Positions 54,897 to 64,000 of a DNA stretch of 64,000 nucleotides are shown here, one piece after another. The DNA is taken from contig OZ245002.1 in NCBI GenBank assembly GCA_965223415.1, positions 3,040,001 through 3,104,000 on the forward strand, given 5' to 3'. This DNA is from Myxococcota bacterium (GTDB taxonomy: Bacteria > Myxococcota_A > UBA9160 > UBA6930). The translations under genes were made by a program, and so were the position numbers. Under the pieces are notes generated by a model. The model had not been told where the DNA came from. It ran no database searches and saw nothing but the letters and a program-made list of their open reading frames with translations. The first letter of the stretch is position 1, and each line of letters starts with the position of its first letter.

Positions 54897-56345
54897 TCAA
54901 GCCCACGGGAGCGGCACCGCGAGACCGAGGCGCCGCGCCGCGGAGCGGGCCGCCCAGAAGCCGCACTGGCCGTGAACGCCGCCGCCCGGCGGCGTGGAGG
55001 CGGAGCAGAGGAAGAGCTGCGGGTTCGGCGTCGCGTAGGGGTCGAGCCGCGCCACCGGGCGGGTCCACAGCTGGAAGGCGTCGGCCACGCCGCCGGTGAT
55101 GGCGCCGCCGCGGTAGTTCGCGTTCGAGCGCTGGAGGTCTGCCGTGTTCGTTGGGTGGCGGGCGAGGATGCGATCGCGAAAGCCCGGCGCGAAGCGCTCC
55201 ACCTGCGCTTCGATCGCGTCGCCGAGGTCGACGGTCGATCCGTGCGGAACGTGACAGTAGGCGTAGCCCGTATGTCGCCCCTCGGGCGCGCGGGTCGCGT
55301 CGAACTGGCTCTGCTGGCAGAGGATGAGGAAAGGCCGCTCGGGATGGCGTCCGCGGAAGAGCCCCTCCTCCGAGGCGCAGATCTCCTCGAGGGTGCCGCC
55401 CACGTGCACCGTCGAGGCCTCCAGGCAGGCCGGGTCGCGCCAGGGGATCGGGCCGTCGAGGGCCCAGTCGAGCTTGAAAACGCCGGGGCCGTAGCGATAG
55501 CGGGCGAGACGGTGTCGGTAGTCGGCCGGGAGCGCGTCACCGGCAATGCGGGAGAGGATCTCCGGCGAGGTGTCGAAGAGGACGACGCGGGCGTGGGCGA
55601 GCTCCAGGAGGCCGTCGACCCGGCGGTTCGTCTCGATGCGTCCGCCCAGGCTCGCCAGGTAGGAAGCCAGAGCCTTCGTGATCGCATGGGAGCCGCCGCG
55701 AGCGACGGGCCAATCGTCGGTGTGGGCGGTGAGGGCGAACAGCACGCCCAGCGCCGAGGTAAGGGGCCGGGTGAGGGGCAGGATCGAGTGACCGGCGCAG
55801 CCGGCGAGGAGCGCGCGGGCCGGCTCGTCGCGGAACACCAGCCGGGCCAGGAGGTTGGCGGACGGCGCCGCCCGCAGACCGAAACGGAGCATCAGCCACG
55901 GGTGGGTGGGCAGGCGGAGGGGGGCCAGGACGTCGGCCAGAAGCTCGTGGGTGCGCGGCACGAACGGCCCCAGGAGGCGGCGGTAGGCCGGGCCGTCCCG
56001 GCCGAGCGCCGCGGCGGTGTCGTCCAGGGAGCGGCGCAGCAGGGCGGCCGGTCCGTCGTCCAGCGGGTGGGCCACCGAGGCCGGCGGGCGGATCCACTCG
56101 AGCCCGTGGTCCGCGAGGGGCAGCTGGCGGAAGAAGGGCGAGAGGACGCCCATCGGGTGGACCGCGGAGCAGACGTCGTGGACGAAGCCCGGCAGGGTGA
56201 GTTCGGCGCTGCGTGTTCCGCCGCCGATCTCGGCACCGGCCTCGAGCACCTGCACGGAGGCTCCGGCCTGCGCCAGGGCGACGGCGGCCGCCAGCCCGTT
56301 CGGGCCCGAGCCGACCACGACGGCGTCCACCGCTTGCTCGGGCAT
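54897..56345 (-). CDS. Phytoene-desaturase-family FAD oxidoreductase
   Basis: GSGPNGL, HDVCSAVHP, LCSASTPPGGGVHGQCG. Confidence 0.9.
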   Translation of the reverse strand: MPEQAVDAVVVGSGPNGLAAAVALAQAGASVQVLEAGAEIGGGTRSAELTLPGFVHDVCSAVHPMGVLSPFFRQLPLADHGLEWIRPPASVAHPLDDGPAALLRRSLDDTAAALGRDGPAYRRLLGPFVPRTHELLADVLAPLRLPTHPWLMLRFGLRAAPSANLLARLVFRDEPARALLAGCAGHSILPLTRPLTSALGVLFALTAHTDDWPVARGGSHAITKALASYLASLGGRIETNRRVDGLLELAHARVVLFDTSPEILSRIAGDALPADYRHRLARYRYGPGVFKLDWALDGPIPWRDPACLEASTVHVGGTLEEICASEEGLFRGRHPERPFLILCQQSQFDATRAPEGRHTGYAYCHVPHGSTVDLGDAIEAQVERFAPGFRDRILARHPTNTADLQRSNANYRGGAITGGVADAFQLWTRPVARLDPYATPNPQLFLCSASTPPGGGVHGQCGFWAARSAARRLGLAVPLPWA

Positions 56346-56349
56346 GGGG

Positions 56350-58047
56350 TCAGGCGGCGGCGCCTCGCCCGCGCAGGATGGCCTCCGCGTACTCGCCGGT
56401 CGGCCAGGGCTGAACCGCCCGCATCGGCCCGATCTCGGTCTCGCCCTCTTCGAGCAGCCCGGTCGCTGCGTCGTGGATGCGCCACTTCATGCTGCGGCCG
56501 AACAAGGGCTGCGATTCCACCATGACGACCCGCAGCTCGCCCTCCTCGAAGCCGCACTGCTCCTGGACGGCGGCCAGCAGCTGCTCGTTGTTCAGGTGGC
56601 CGTCGCCGAAGTTCCAGCCGATCACGCCCCCGCACAAGACCTCGCCGTCCGACCACTCGTAGTCGTCGATGTCGTCGACGGCGCGGGGCAGCGCCTCGAG
56701 GAGCGGCCTTCCCTCCAGGTGCATGAAGCGGTGGGCCATGGACAGAGTCACGGCCATGTCGACCATCTCCGGCTCCGGGAGCATGGTCTCGAGCTGCTCG
56801 CGCATCGTTCCCGAGGCCCGGGTGAGCTTGCGGAGCTTCTCCAGGCTGCCCTTCTTGAACAGCCAGATGTTGTAGGCCCAGTTGCCGGCGTAGTAGCGCA
56901 TCGAGAGCAGGAAGGAGACGTGCCGCGGGAAGAAGTTCCCGTAGCAGGGAACGGCAACGAGCCAGAACAGCAGGAACACCACGAGCAGCGGCATCGCACC
57001 GAGGGCGGTGAGCCCGGCCTCCGGATGGAAGCCGAACAGGAAGATGCCGCCGTAGACCATCAGGATGTTCCACTCGATGGGCATCCCGCTCGGGTTGTTC
57101 GAGGCGATGAAGCCGTGGAAGCAGAACATCACGAACAACATGAAGCCGGTGACGAGGGGGCTCCCGGCGGAGAGCAGCAACACGAACGGGATCATGTACT
57201 CGGTGAAGGTCCCGGTGTGGGCCATGACTGCCGCCATCCGTGAGGGCCGCAGGTCGTCCGGGTAGGAGGTGAAGAGGCGCTTCTTCAGCCAGCTCGGGAA
57301 GAACGGCCCGTTGTTCATCATCACCATGATGACGGAAGGGAAGTGGTGGTTGACCTTGGAGGTCGCCGCCCAGAACCAGATGCCGCACCAGACGGCCTTG
57401 CAGGCGGAGATCCACAGGTCGTCGCCGCTGGCGAAGACGAGGCAGGTCAAGGCTACCCAGTAGTGCTCGGCGCGGGCGGCGAGGAAGAGGGTTTTGTCCA
57501 TCACGCCGATCAGCGGGACGAGGAAGAAGACGGGCAGCAGGAGGCCCGGCGTCACCTCCGGCGCGACCAGGGCGCGCAGCAGGCAAAGCAGCGTGGCGGC
57601 GTAGAGGCCGACGTCCAGCCAGCTGCGACGAATGCCGCCGAGGACCGGAGCCTCGGGAAAGAGAGGGAGCTTGGTGGTGCCGGGTCGCAGGAAGTAGAGG
57701 AAGCCGCCGATCGGCGGCTTGAAGCGGGCGTTCATCGGGCCCGAGGAGCAGCCGAAGCCGGCCAGCTCGTAGAAGATCGACCACACGACGGCCTTCTGGA
57801 ACGCCACCGCCGTGAAGGCCCAGTCGCCGAAGAAGCCCGGGTAGCCGGCGGAGAAGGAGACCCAGAAGGCCCAGCCGCCGGCGTACAGGAAGACGTACTT
57901 CGCCCAGTAGAGAATCAGCACGATCGGCGGGTTCGGGTTGACCTGCGAGGCCCAGGTGCGACACACGAGCCGCACGCGTTCCGGGAAGGGCGCTCCCAGG
58001 ATGCGCTCGGGCTCGTAGGGCGGGAGGTCGGGCGCTGCGGTCGTCAT
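56350..58047 (-). CDS. DUF3556-like membrane protein
   Basis: FQKAVVW, GPMNARF, RPGTTKLP, DKTLFLAARAEHY, SKVNHHFP, PIEWN, SFLLSMRYYAGNW, GWNFGDGHL. Confidence 0.8.
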   Translation of the reverse strand: MTTAAPDLPPYEPERILGAPFPERVRLVCRTWASQVNPNPPIVLILYWAKYVFLYAGGWAFWVSFSAGYPGFFGDWAFTAVAFQKAVVWSIFYELAGFGCSSGPMNARFKPPIGGFLYFLRPGTTKLPLFPEAPVLGGIRRSWLDVGLYAATLLCLLRALVAPEVTPGLLLPVFFLVPLIGVMDKTLFLAARAEHYWVALTCLVFASGDDLWISACKAVWCGIWFWAATSKVNHHFPSVIMVMMNNGPFFPSWLKKRLFTSYPDDLRPSRMAAVMAHTGTFTEYMIPFVLLLSAGSPLVTGFMLFVMFCFHGFIASNNPSGMPIEWNILMVYGGIFLFGFHPEAGLTALGAMPLLVVFLLFWLVAVPCYGNFFPRHVSFLLSMRYYAGNWAYNIWLFKKGSLEKLRKLTRASGTMREQLETMLPEPEMVDMAVTLSMAHRFMHLEGRPLLEALPRAVDDIDDYEWSDGEVLCGGVIGWNFGDGHLNNEQLLAAVQEQCGFEEGELRVVMVESQPLFGRSMKWRIHDAATGLLEEGETEIGPMRAVQPWPTGEYAEAILRGRGAAA

Positions 58048-58478
58048 CCGGAGAACTCGTCCGCGCTGTGGCGAGCCATCTCCTCGAGGAACCACTGCGG
58101 GTACTGGCCCACGAACTTCTGGACGTCCCAGTAGTCGCTCCACTTCGAGATCAGGCCGGCGCGCATCTCGTGCATCGTCGCGAAGGTGTGGCTGGCCTTC
58201 TCGCCGGTCTTGAAGACCCACGTCTCCGTGTGGTCGAGGAACACCACGTCGCCGTCGGCGGCGAGGTGGCGGAGCTCCTGCTCCTGGCTCGCCAGGTGGT
58301 CGAAGGCGATCCGCAGGCGCTTCACCACGTTCTCGGGCCCGCGGGCGCCCGGGTCCTCGGTGGGCACGTCCTGGTAGTGCACTTCCGGGTGGAGACAGCT
58401 CTTCACGGTCTCCCAATCCATGCGGGAGAGCGCCTCCCACATCTTCTCGACGGTCTTCCGATGATCTTCGTTCGACAC
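58044..58478 (-). CDS. NTF2/SnoaL-like protein (limonene epoxide hydrolase-like)
   Basis: YQDVP, ADGDVVFLDHTETW, ISKWSDYWD. Confidence 0.8.
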   Translation of the reverse strand: MSNEDHRKTVEKMWEALSRMDWETVKSCLHPEVHYQDVPTEDPGARGPENVVKRLRIAFDHLASQEQELRHLAADGDVVFLDHTETWVFKTGEKASHTFATMHEMRAGLISKWSDYWDVQKFVGQYPQWFLEEMARHSADEFSG

Positions 58479-58497
58479 GGGCGTACCCTAGCCCAGG

Positions 58498-59580
58498 ATG
58501 GATGAGAGAATCACGCCGCTCCGCGTCTACGGCCCGGAGGAGTCCTTCTTCACGGGAAAGCTCGAGGCCTATCTCTACTACAAGGAACTCCCCTTCGAGC
58601 GCATCGAGGTACCACCGACCCGGGTGGACGGGGGAATCCCCCAGGTGCCGGTCGTGGAGCTCGCGGACGGCCGTCGGATGACCGACACCACGCCGATCCT
58701 GGCATGGCTCGAGAAACGGTTCCCGGACCCTCCGGTGATCCCCGCCGACCCGCTCCAGGCCTTCGTCAGCCAACTGATCGAGGATTACGCCGACGAGTGG
58801 CTGTGGCGTCCCGCGATGCACTACCGCTGGTCCTACCGGCAGGATGCGATGCACGTGAGCCGCAGGCTCGCGGAGGGGCCGGGTAGCGCCAACCCGTTAC
58901 CGGCCTTCGTGCTGCGACCCCTCGTTCGCCTCCGGCAGCGCACCCTGTTCGTGCGCCGCGACGGGGTGACCCGTGAGACGTGGGATCACGTCGAGGAGAC
59001 CTACAGGACCGCGTTGCGCCAGCTGGAGGCGATTCTCGCCGACCGGCCGTTCCTGCTCGGCAGCGCCCCGACGCTCGCCGACTACGGCTACTTCGGCTCG
59101 ATGTTCCGGCACTTCGGGATCGACCCGACGGCGTCCTCGATCATGCGCGAGACGGCGCCGGCGGTGTACGCCTGGGTGGCGAGGGTCTGGGCGGCGCGGG
59201 CCAGCCGCACGCGGGGCGAGCTCGAGGTGGGGATCCCCGCCGAGTGGGAACCGGTGCTCGGCACGATCGGCACGACCTGGTTGCCCCACCTGTGCGCCAA
59301 CGCCGAGGCCTGGAAGGAGGGCCGGAAGCGCTTCGACGTCCAGATCGAGGGTGTGCCCTACCGGAACCTCCGCACCGCGCGCTACCGGGTGTGGTGCCTG
59401 GAGGAGCTGCGCGGGCACTTCGAGGCGCTGCCCGAGGCGGCGCAGCCCGGGGCTCGCACTCTCCTCGAGAAGCACGGCTGCTGGGAGCCCCTCTGGCGGG
59501 TCGACGCGCCGCCCTCCGGGGTGGATCCGGAGGGGAGGGCGCCGTTCACGCCGAGCGCCTCCATGACCGGCCTCGACTAG
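58498..59580 (+). CDS. Glutathione S-transferase-like protein
   Basis: SFFTGKLEAYL, QVPVVEL, TDTTPI, EDYADEWLWRPAMHYRW, PFLLGSAPTLAD. Confidence 0.85.
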   Translation: MDERITPLRVYGPEESFFTGKLEAYLYYKELPFERIEVPPTRVDGGIPQVPVVELADGRRMTDTTPILAWLEKRFPDPPVIPADPLQAFVSQLIEDYADEWLWRPAMHYRWSYRQDAMHVSRRLAEGPGSANPLPAFVLRPLVRLRQRTLFVRRDGVTRETWDHVEETYRTALRQLEAILADRPFLLGSAPTLADYGYFGSMFRHFGIDPTASSIMRETAPAVYAWVARVWAARASRTRGELEVGIPAEWEPVLGTIGTTWLPHLCANAEAWKEGRKRFDVQIEGVPYRNLRTARYRVWCLEELRGHFEALPEAAQPGARTLLEKHGCWEPLWRVDAPPSGVDPEGRAPFTPSASMTGLD

Positions 59581-61067
59581 GCCGCCTCCACCTCTTCGAT
59601 GCAGCGGTACTCGGAGAAGTCCGGCCGCCTCATCTCCTTCCGGAAGCGGTCCGGCGACCACGGGTAGAGGTTCGGCAGCCCCGTCTTGTCGAGGTACCAG
59701 CTGTTGCAGCCGCCGCTCACCCAGATGGTGCGGGGGAGGGCGGCGCGCAGCTCTGCGTTGTAGGCCTCGAAGGCCTCCTGCTTCGGCGCGATGGCTTCGA
59801 GGCCCCGGTGCTTCATCTCGTCGAGGCACTGGATCAGGTAGTCGACCTGGTACTCGCTGATCGTGATCAGCGAGAGGTTGCCGATCGGGCCGGTGGGGCC
59901 CTCGAGCATCCAGAAGTTCGGGAAGCCGGGGATGCACATGGCGCGGTGGGCGCGCGGGTTGCCGTCCCAGAGCTTCTCGAGGTCGACGCCGTTCTCACCG
60001 GTGACCCGGGTCGGCAGGACGAAGGCGGCGGCGTTGAAGCCCGTGGCGAGCACCAGGACGTCGAGATCGTGGTGCCGCCCGTCGTCGGTGACGACGCCGC
60101 CCTCGTCGACGCGATCGATCCCCTCGGTGACGAGCTCGGCGTTGTCCCGGGTGATCGCGGGGTAGAAGTCCGAGCAGATCACGATGCGCTTGCAGCCGGC
60201 CTCGTAGTCCGGCGTGAGCTTCCGTTTCAGCTCGGGGTCGCTGACGTGGAGGTCGAGGTTCTCCTGGCACGCGTCCGCGAGCCGCCGGTGCGCCTTCTCG
60301 TCTCCGAGCACGGCGCCGCCGATCAGCCGGCTCATGACGAAGTAGTACCCGTAGTAGAGGACGCGGGCGGCGAACGGGACGGCCCGGACGAAGCGCTTCC
60401 AGCCCTCCGAGTACTTCTTCTGGGGAAGCGGCACCATCCATTGGGGCGTTCGCTGGAAGACCGAGAGGTGACCGACCTCCGCGGCGATGGCGCCGGCGAT
60501 TTGCGCCGCGGTGGAGCCGGTGCCGACGATGCCCACCCGCTTTCCCGCGAGATCGACCGAATGGTCCCAGCGCGCCGAGTGGAAGGCTGCGCCTTCGAAC
60601 TCGTCGAGGCCCGGGATGTCCGGGAGCACCGGCTGGTGCAGGACGCCTGTCGCCGTCACGACGACGTCGAACATCCGTACCTCGCCGGTTCCGGTCTCGA
60701 GCCGCCAGCGCGGCGCTTCGTAGGTGAGTTCCGTGACGGGCGTGTCGAACTGCACCAACTCCGTCACGCCGAACCTCTCCGCCGTCTTCTCCATGTACGC
60801 CTGGATCTCCGGGCCGTAGGAGAAGCGGTGGGACCAGTCCGGGTTCGGCGCGAAGGTGAAGGAATACCAGTAGGAGGGGACGTCGCAGGAAAGCCCTGGA
60901 TAGGTGTTCTCGCGCCAGGTGCCGCCCACCCGGTCGGTCTTCTCGTAGACCGTGAGATCGGTGTAGCCCGCGCGGCGCAGCTTCACGACGGCGGCGATGC
61001 CGGACATGCCGGCGCCGATGATGGCGATGGAGGGCTGACGCCCCTCTCGGGCCCAGGCGTGGACCAT
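59577..61067 (-). CDS. Baeyer-Villiger / flavin-containing monooxygenase
   Basis: GAGMSG, GGTWRENTYPG, FEGAAFHSARWD fingerprint, GTGSTA, ATGF. Confidence 0.93.
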   Translation of the reverse strand: MVHAWAREGRQPSIAIIGAGMSGIAAVVKLRRAGYTDLTVYEKTDRVGGTWRENTYPGLSCDVPSYWYSFTFAPNPDWSHRFSYGPEIQAYMEKTAERFGVTELVQFDTPVTELTYEAPRWRLETGTGEVRMFDVVVTATGVLHQPVLPDIPGLDEFEGAAFHSARWDHSVDLAGKRVGIVGTGSTAAQIAGAIAAEVGHLSVFQRTPQWMVPLPQKKYSEGWKRFVRAVPFAARVLYYGYYFVMSRLIGGAVLGDEKAHRRLADACQENLDLHVSDPELKRKLTPDYEAGCKRIVICSDFYPAITRDNAELVTEGIDRVDEGGVVTDDGRHHDLDVLVLATGFNAAAFVLPTRVTGENGVDLEKLWDGNPRAHRAMCIPGFPNFWMLEGPTGPIGNLSLITISEYQVDYLIQCLDEMKHRGLEAIAPKQEAFEAYNAELRAALPRTIWVSGGCNSWYLDKTGLPNLYPWSPDRFRKEMRRPDFSEYRCIEEVEAA

Positions 61068-61079
61068 CTTCCTGCTCCT

Positions 61080-62372
61080 CTATGCGGCCTTCAGCTGATT
61101 GTCGCCCGCGAAGGCGGGGCACTTCCGGGCAGCGGGCGGGATGTCGGCGAGGGAGAGAGGCTTCGCGATCTCGGCGTGGGTGGGGCCGAAGCGTCGCGCG
61201 AGGGGCACCAGCGCCTCCAGGTCGAAGCCGTAGAGCTTTGCCGCATTCAGGCCGACCATCTGCTGGATCTCCGTCGGATCCACCCCCTCGAAGGTGAGGC
61301 GGAGGTGCTCGCGGGTGTAGGGGTGGGTTCCCTCGACGTGCGGGTAGTCACTGCCCCAGAGGATGCGGTCGATGCCCAGCCGATGTCGCGCCGCGCACTC
61401 CTTGGGCGGCAGGAAGCTCGCCCCCACGTGGCACTGCCGCGCGAAGTACTCCGAGGGGGTGAGCGACATCTTCGCGACGGTCGGGCCACCGAAGATGTGC
61501 TCGGAGCATTGGTCGTTGTACTTCATGCGATGGAAGAAGTTGTCGAGCTCCTCCAGCACGCGGGGGGCCCAGTCGACGCCCGTCTCGGTGAGCACGAACT
61601 GGAGACCCGGGTGTCGCTCGAAGACGCCGCTGAACATCAGGTGCCAGAGGGAGCGGTGGGCCCACCAGGTCACCTCCAGCATGAACATGGCCATGGACTG
61701 GGGCAGGTACATGCCGAAGTCCGGGGTGGATCCGCCCGTGTGGTGGTTGAGGGGCATCCCCAGCTCCTCGCAGACGGCGAAGATGGGCTCGTACTCCGGG
61801 GCATAGAGGGGAGGGATGCCGGAGCCGGGGGGCGCTCCCGGCAGCAGCACGCCGCCGCGGAGCCCGTTCTCCTTCGCCCAGCGGATCTCCGCGACCGATT
61901 CCTCGACGTAGGGGAGGAAGACCTGGGCGACGCCGGCTCGCCGCTCCGGCTCCTCTTTGCAGAAATCCGCGAGCCAGCGGTTGTAGGCCTGGATGCCGGC
62001 CCAGCGGCGCGGGTGGTCGTCGCCGATCTCCGCCTCGCCGAACTCGCTCATCATGGTGGGCGCGAAAGGAGGCGAGGTGTTGGGGAAGATCACCTCGGCG
62101 ACGACGCCGTCGGCCTCGGTCTCGCGCAGGCGGCGGGTGGTGTCCCAGTTGCGGTCGCCGTCGATCTCCGGATCGCCGTCGACGCCAATGCTCCGCTTGC
62201 CCATCACCTGACGCATGATCTTGGCGAGCTGAGCCTGCTGCTCGACCCAGGCGCGGAACTCGCCCTGCCACTTCCGCTCCAGGTAGGGGCCGAAGCCCTC
62301 GGGATCCGAGCCCGCGTGGGTGTCGGCGGTGATGAGCAGGTAGCGATCGAGGCCTTCGAGGGAGCTGGGCAT
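61080..62372 (-). CDS. Amidohydrolase family 2 protein
   Basis: ADTHAG, NHHTG, FERHPGLQFVLTE, WGSDYPHVEG. Confidence 0.9.
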   Translation of the reverse strand: MPSSLEGLDRYLLITADTHAGSDPEGFGPYLERKWQGEFRAWVEQQAQLAKIMRQVMGKRSIGVDGDPEIDGDRNWDTTRRLRETEADGVVAEVIFPNTSPPFAPTMMSEFGEAEIGDDHPRRWAGIQAYNRWLADFCKEEPERRAGVAQVFLPYVEESVAEIRWAKENGLRGGVLLPGAPPGSGIPPLYAPEYEPIFAVCEELGMPLNHHTGGSTPDFGMYLPQSMAMFMLEVTWWAHRSLWHLMFSGVFERHPGLQFVLTETGVDWAPRVLEELDNFFHRMKYNDQCSEHIFGGPTVAKMSLTPSEYFARQCHVGASFLPPKECAARHRLGIDRILWGSDYPHVEGTHPYTREHLRLTFEGVDPTEIQQMVGLNAAKLYGFDLEALVPLARRFGPTHAEIAKPLSLADIPPAARKCPAFAGDNQLKAA

Positions 62373-62415
62373 GGTCTCCTCCTCGCCGGGAGACTAGCGC
62401 GCTAGGGTGCAAGCC

Positions 62416-62880
62416 ATGCCCGTCTGGAAGCCGCTGGCCGGCGCTCTCGCCCTCGCGGCGGTCGGATGCCGTGCGCCTGCACCCGCAGCCCCGGTTCCCC
62501 CCGTGCCCTACCGCTCCCACGTCGACGTCCAGCAGCTCATGGCACGGATCCTCTTTCCGGTGAGCGACGAGATCTGGGACTCGTCGGGCACCATCATCAC
62601 CGCCGAGGGCCGCACCGAGCTGGCGCCGACCACGGACGAGGGCTGGGAGCGGGTGCACGACCGCGCCCTGCTCGTGGCCGAGCTCGGCAACCTGCTGATG
62701 CTGCCGGGGCGGTCCCAGAGCCCCGAGTGGGACGCCTACGCCCGCGGCATGAGCGCCGCCGCCCTCGAATCCGTCGTGGCCGCCCAGGCTCGGGACCCGG
62801 ACGCGCTCTTCGACGCCGGCGGCCGGCTCTACCAGACCTGCAAGGCCTGCCACGACCGCTACTGGCTGACGGACGAGTAG
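62416..62880 (+). CDS. Cytochrome c'-like (class II) lipoprotein
   Basis: AVGC lipobox; helical; C-terminal CKACH heme motif. Confidence 0.8.
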   Translation: MPVWKPLAGALALAAVGCRAPAPAAPVPPVPYRSHVDVQQLMARILFPVSDEIWDSSGTIITAEGRTELAPTTDEGWERVHDRALLVAELGNLLMLPGRSQSPEWDAYARGMSAAALESVVAAQARDPDALFDAGGRLYQTCKACHDRYWLTDE

Positions 62881-62883
62881 CCG

Positions 62884-63444
62884 GTGTCGCTCCTGCCCTT
62901 CTGCGAGTGGCTCGCCTCGACGCCCTGGAGCGTCGCCCTCGTCGAGTCGCTGTGGGCCTACCCCCTGATCGAGACCACCCACGTGCTCTCGCTGATGCTC
63001 TTCGTCGGCACGGTCTTCTTCGTCGACCTGCGGCTCCTGGGCTGGGCGCTGCGCGACGTTCCCGTTTCCGAGGTCACTGCGCGCATCCTGCCCTGGACCG
63101 TCTCCGGCTTCGCCATCGCCGCGCTGACTGGCGCACTGCTCTTCTACGCCATTCCGGTCCGCACCTACCTGAGCCTTTTCTTCCGCATCAAGGTCGTGAT
63201 GCTGGTCGTCGTGGCCATCAGCATCACGAGCTTCCACCGCTACATGAACCGCACCGGGGCCGTCTGGGACCATGATCCCGTGCCCCCGCCGCGTGCGCGG
63301 CTGGCCGGCGCCGTGTCCCTCGTCTCCTGGGCCACGGTGATCGTGATGGGCCGCCTGATCGCCTACAACTGGTTCGACTGTGATCGGCAGCCCCAGCCCG
63401 CCTTCGTGAACTGGGCGGCCGGCTGTCCCCTCGAAGGGCCCTGA
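62884..63444 (+). CDS. DUF6644-like membrane protein
   Basis: YPLIETTHVL, DLRLLG, TGALLF, FRIK, GRLIAY. Confidence 0.75.
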   Translation: MSLLPFCEWLASTPWSVALVESLWAYPLIETTHVLSLMLFVGTVFFVDLRLLGWALRDVPVSEVTARILPWTVSGFAIAALTGALLFYAIPVRTYLSLFFRIKVVMLVVVAISITSFHRYMNRTGAVWDHDPVPPPRARLAGAVSLVSWATVIVMGRLIAYNWFDCDRQPQPAFVNWAAGCPLEGP

Positions 63445-63447
63445 GCG

Positions 63448-63918
63448 ATGACGCTCTTCGAGGTCTTCGACCGGTTGGAGCAGACGGCGCTCGGGGCGGC
63501 GGTTCGCGATTCCGTGTGGCTTTTCCCCGTGATCGAAGCCGGTCATCTCCTGGGCCTGGCGGTGCTGGGTGGCTCCGTGCTCCTCCTCGACCTCCGGCTC
63601 CTTGGCCTCGGCCTGGGAGCACGCCCGGTCGCCTACGTGCGGGAGCAGACCGGGCCATGGGTCGTCGCGGCGCTCGTCGTGCTCGTCGCCACGGGCATCC
63701 CGCTCTTCCTCTCGGAGGCGGTCAAGTGCTACTTCAGCCCGGCCTTCTGGGTGAAGATGGGAGCCCTGGCCGCCGCCCTCGTGTTCACCTTCGGCGTGCG
63801 CAATCGCCTGGCCGGGCGCGAGGGGCTGGGGCCCGCGGCGGCCCGGATGCTCGGGACCGCGTCCATGGCCCTGTGGCTCACGGTCGCCGCGGCAGGGCGA
63901 TGGATCGGGTTCTCCTAG
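63448..63918 (+). CDS. DUF6644-like membrane protein (paralog)
   Basis: FPVIEAGHLL, DLRLLG, TGIPLF, FWVK, GRWIGF. Confidence 0.75.
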   Translation: MTLFEVFDRLEQTALGAAVRDSVWLFPVIEAGHLLGLAVLGGSVLLLDLRLLGLGLGARPVAYVREQTGPWVVAALVVLVATGIPLFLSEAVKCYFSPAFWVKMGALAAALVFTFGVRNRLAGREGLGPAAARMLGTASMALWLTVAAAGRWIGFS

Positions 63919-64000
63919 CGCGGCGAACGATCGGGTCGTCACGGCCGCTTCGGCTCCCGGGGATCGAAGCCGTCCCGCGGCGCCCCCGTTCCCGATGAGC

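Noticed and set aside
54897..56345. crtI / carotenoid cluster
   Set aside because: Belongs to the broader phytoene-desaturase-like family; no crtB or crtE in the window

Overview
High-GC (roughly 70% by eye) bacterial chromosomal window with about 58 genes on both strands. I found no rRNA, tRNA or CRISPR array. The gene repertoire suggests a Myxococcota-type 'deltaproteobacterium'; this is inference from Cys-Gly/TM/Arg C-terminal tails, F420-type oxidoreductases and many lipid or aromatic catabolic enzymes. Recognisable genes include oxyR-katA, a monomeric isocitrate dehydrogenase, an RhlE-like helicase, a TetR-MFP-RND efflux locus, an NhaC-family transporter, a PQQ dehydrogenase, a BVMO, an amidohydrolase and a partial P450. 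One complete DDE insertion sequence (30169-31827) has 15-bp TIRs and a 6-bp target duplication. Most notable observations: (1) two unrelated, large, secreted beta-propeller/di-heme proteins end in the same Asp-rich Cys module plus a 23-residue CG[LF]G[AP]EL-TM-Arg tail, a candidate surface-sorting system; (2) a three-gene module of a LuxR-HTH/TetR-C hybrid regulator, a beta-propeller lipoprotein and an orphan GspC-like HR+PDZ protein; (3) an SmtB/CadC-type operator shared by an orphan ArsR gene and a methyltransferase gene 9 kb away; (4) two long REPIN-like palindromes; (5) a B12-radical-SAM/Coq4-like operon; (6) a recurring leaderless-promoter pattern; (7) several unusual domain fusions and gene remnants. 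All family calls come from motif recognition, not database searches.
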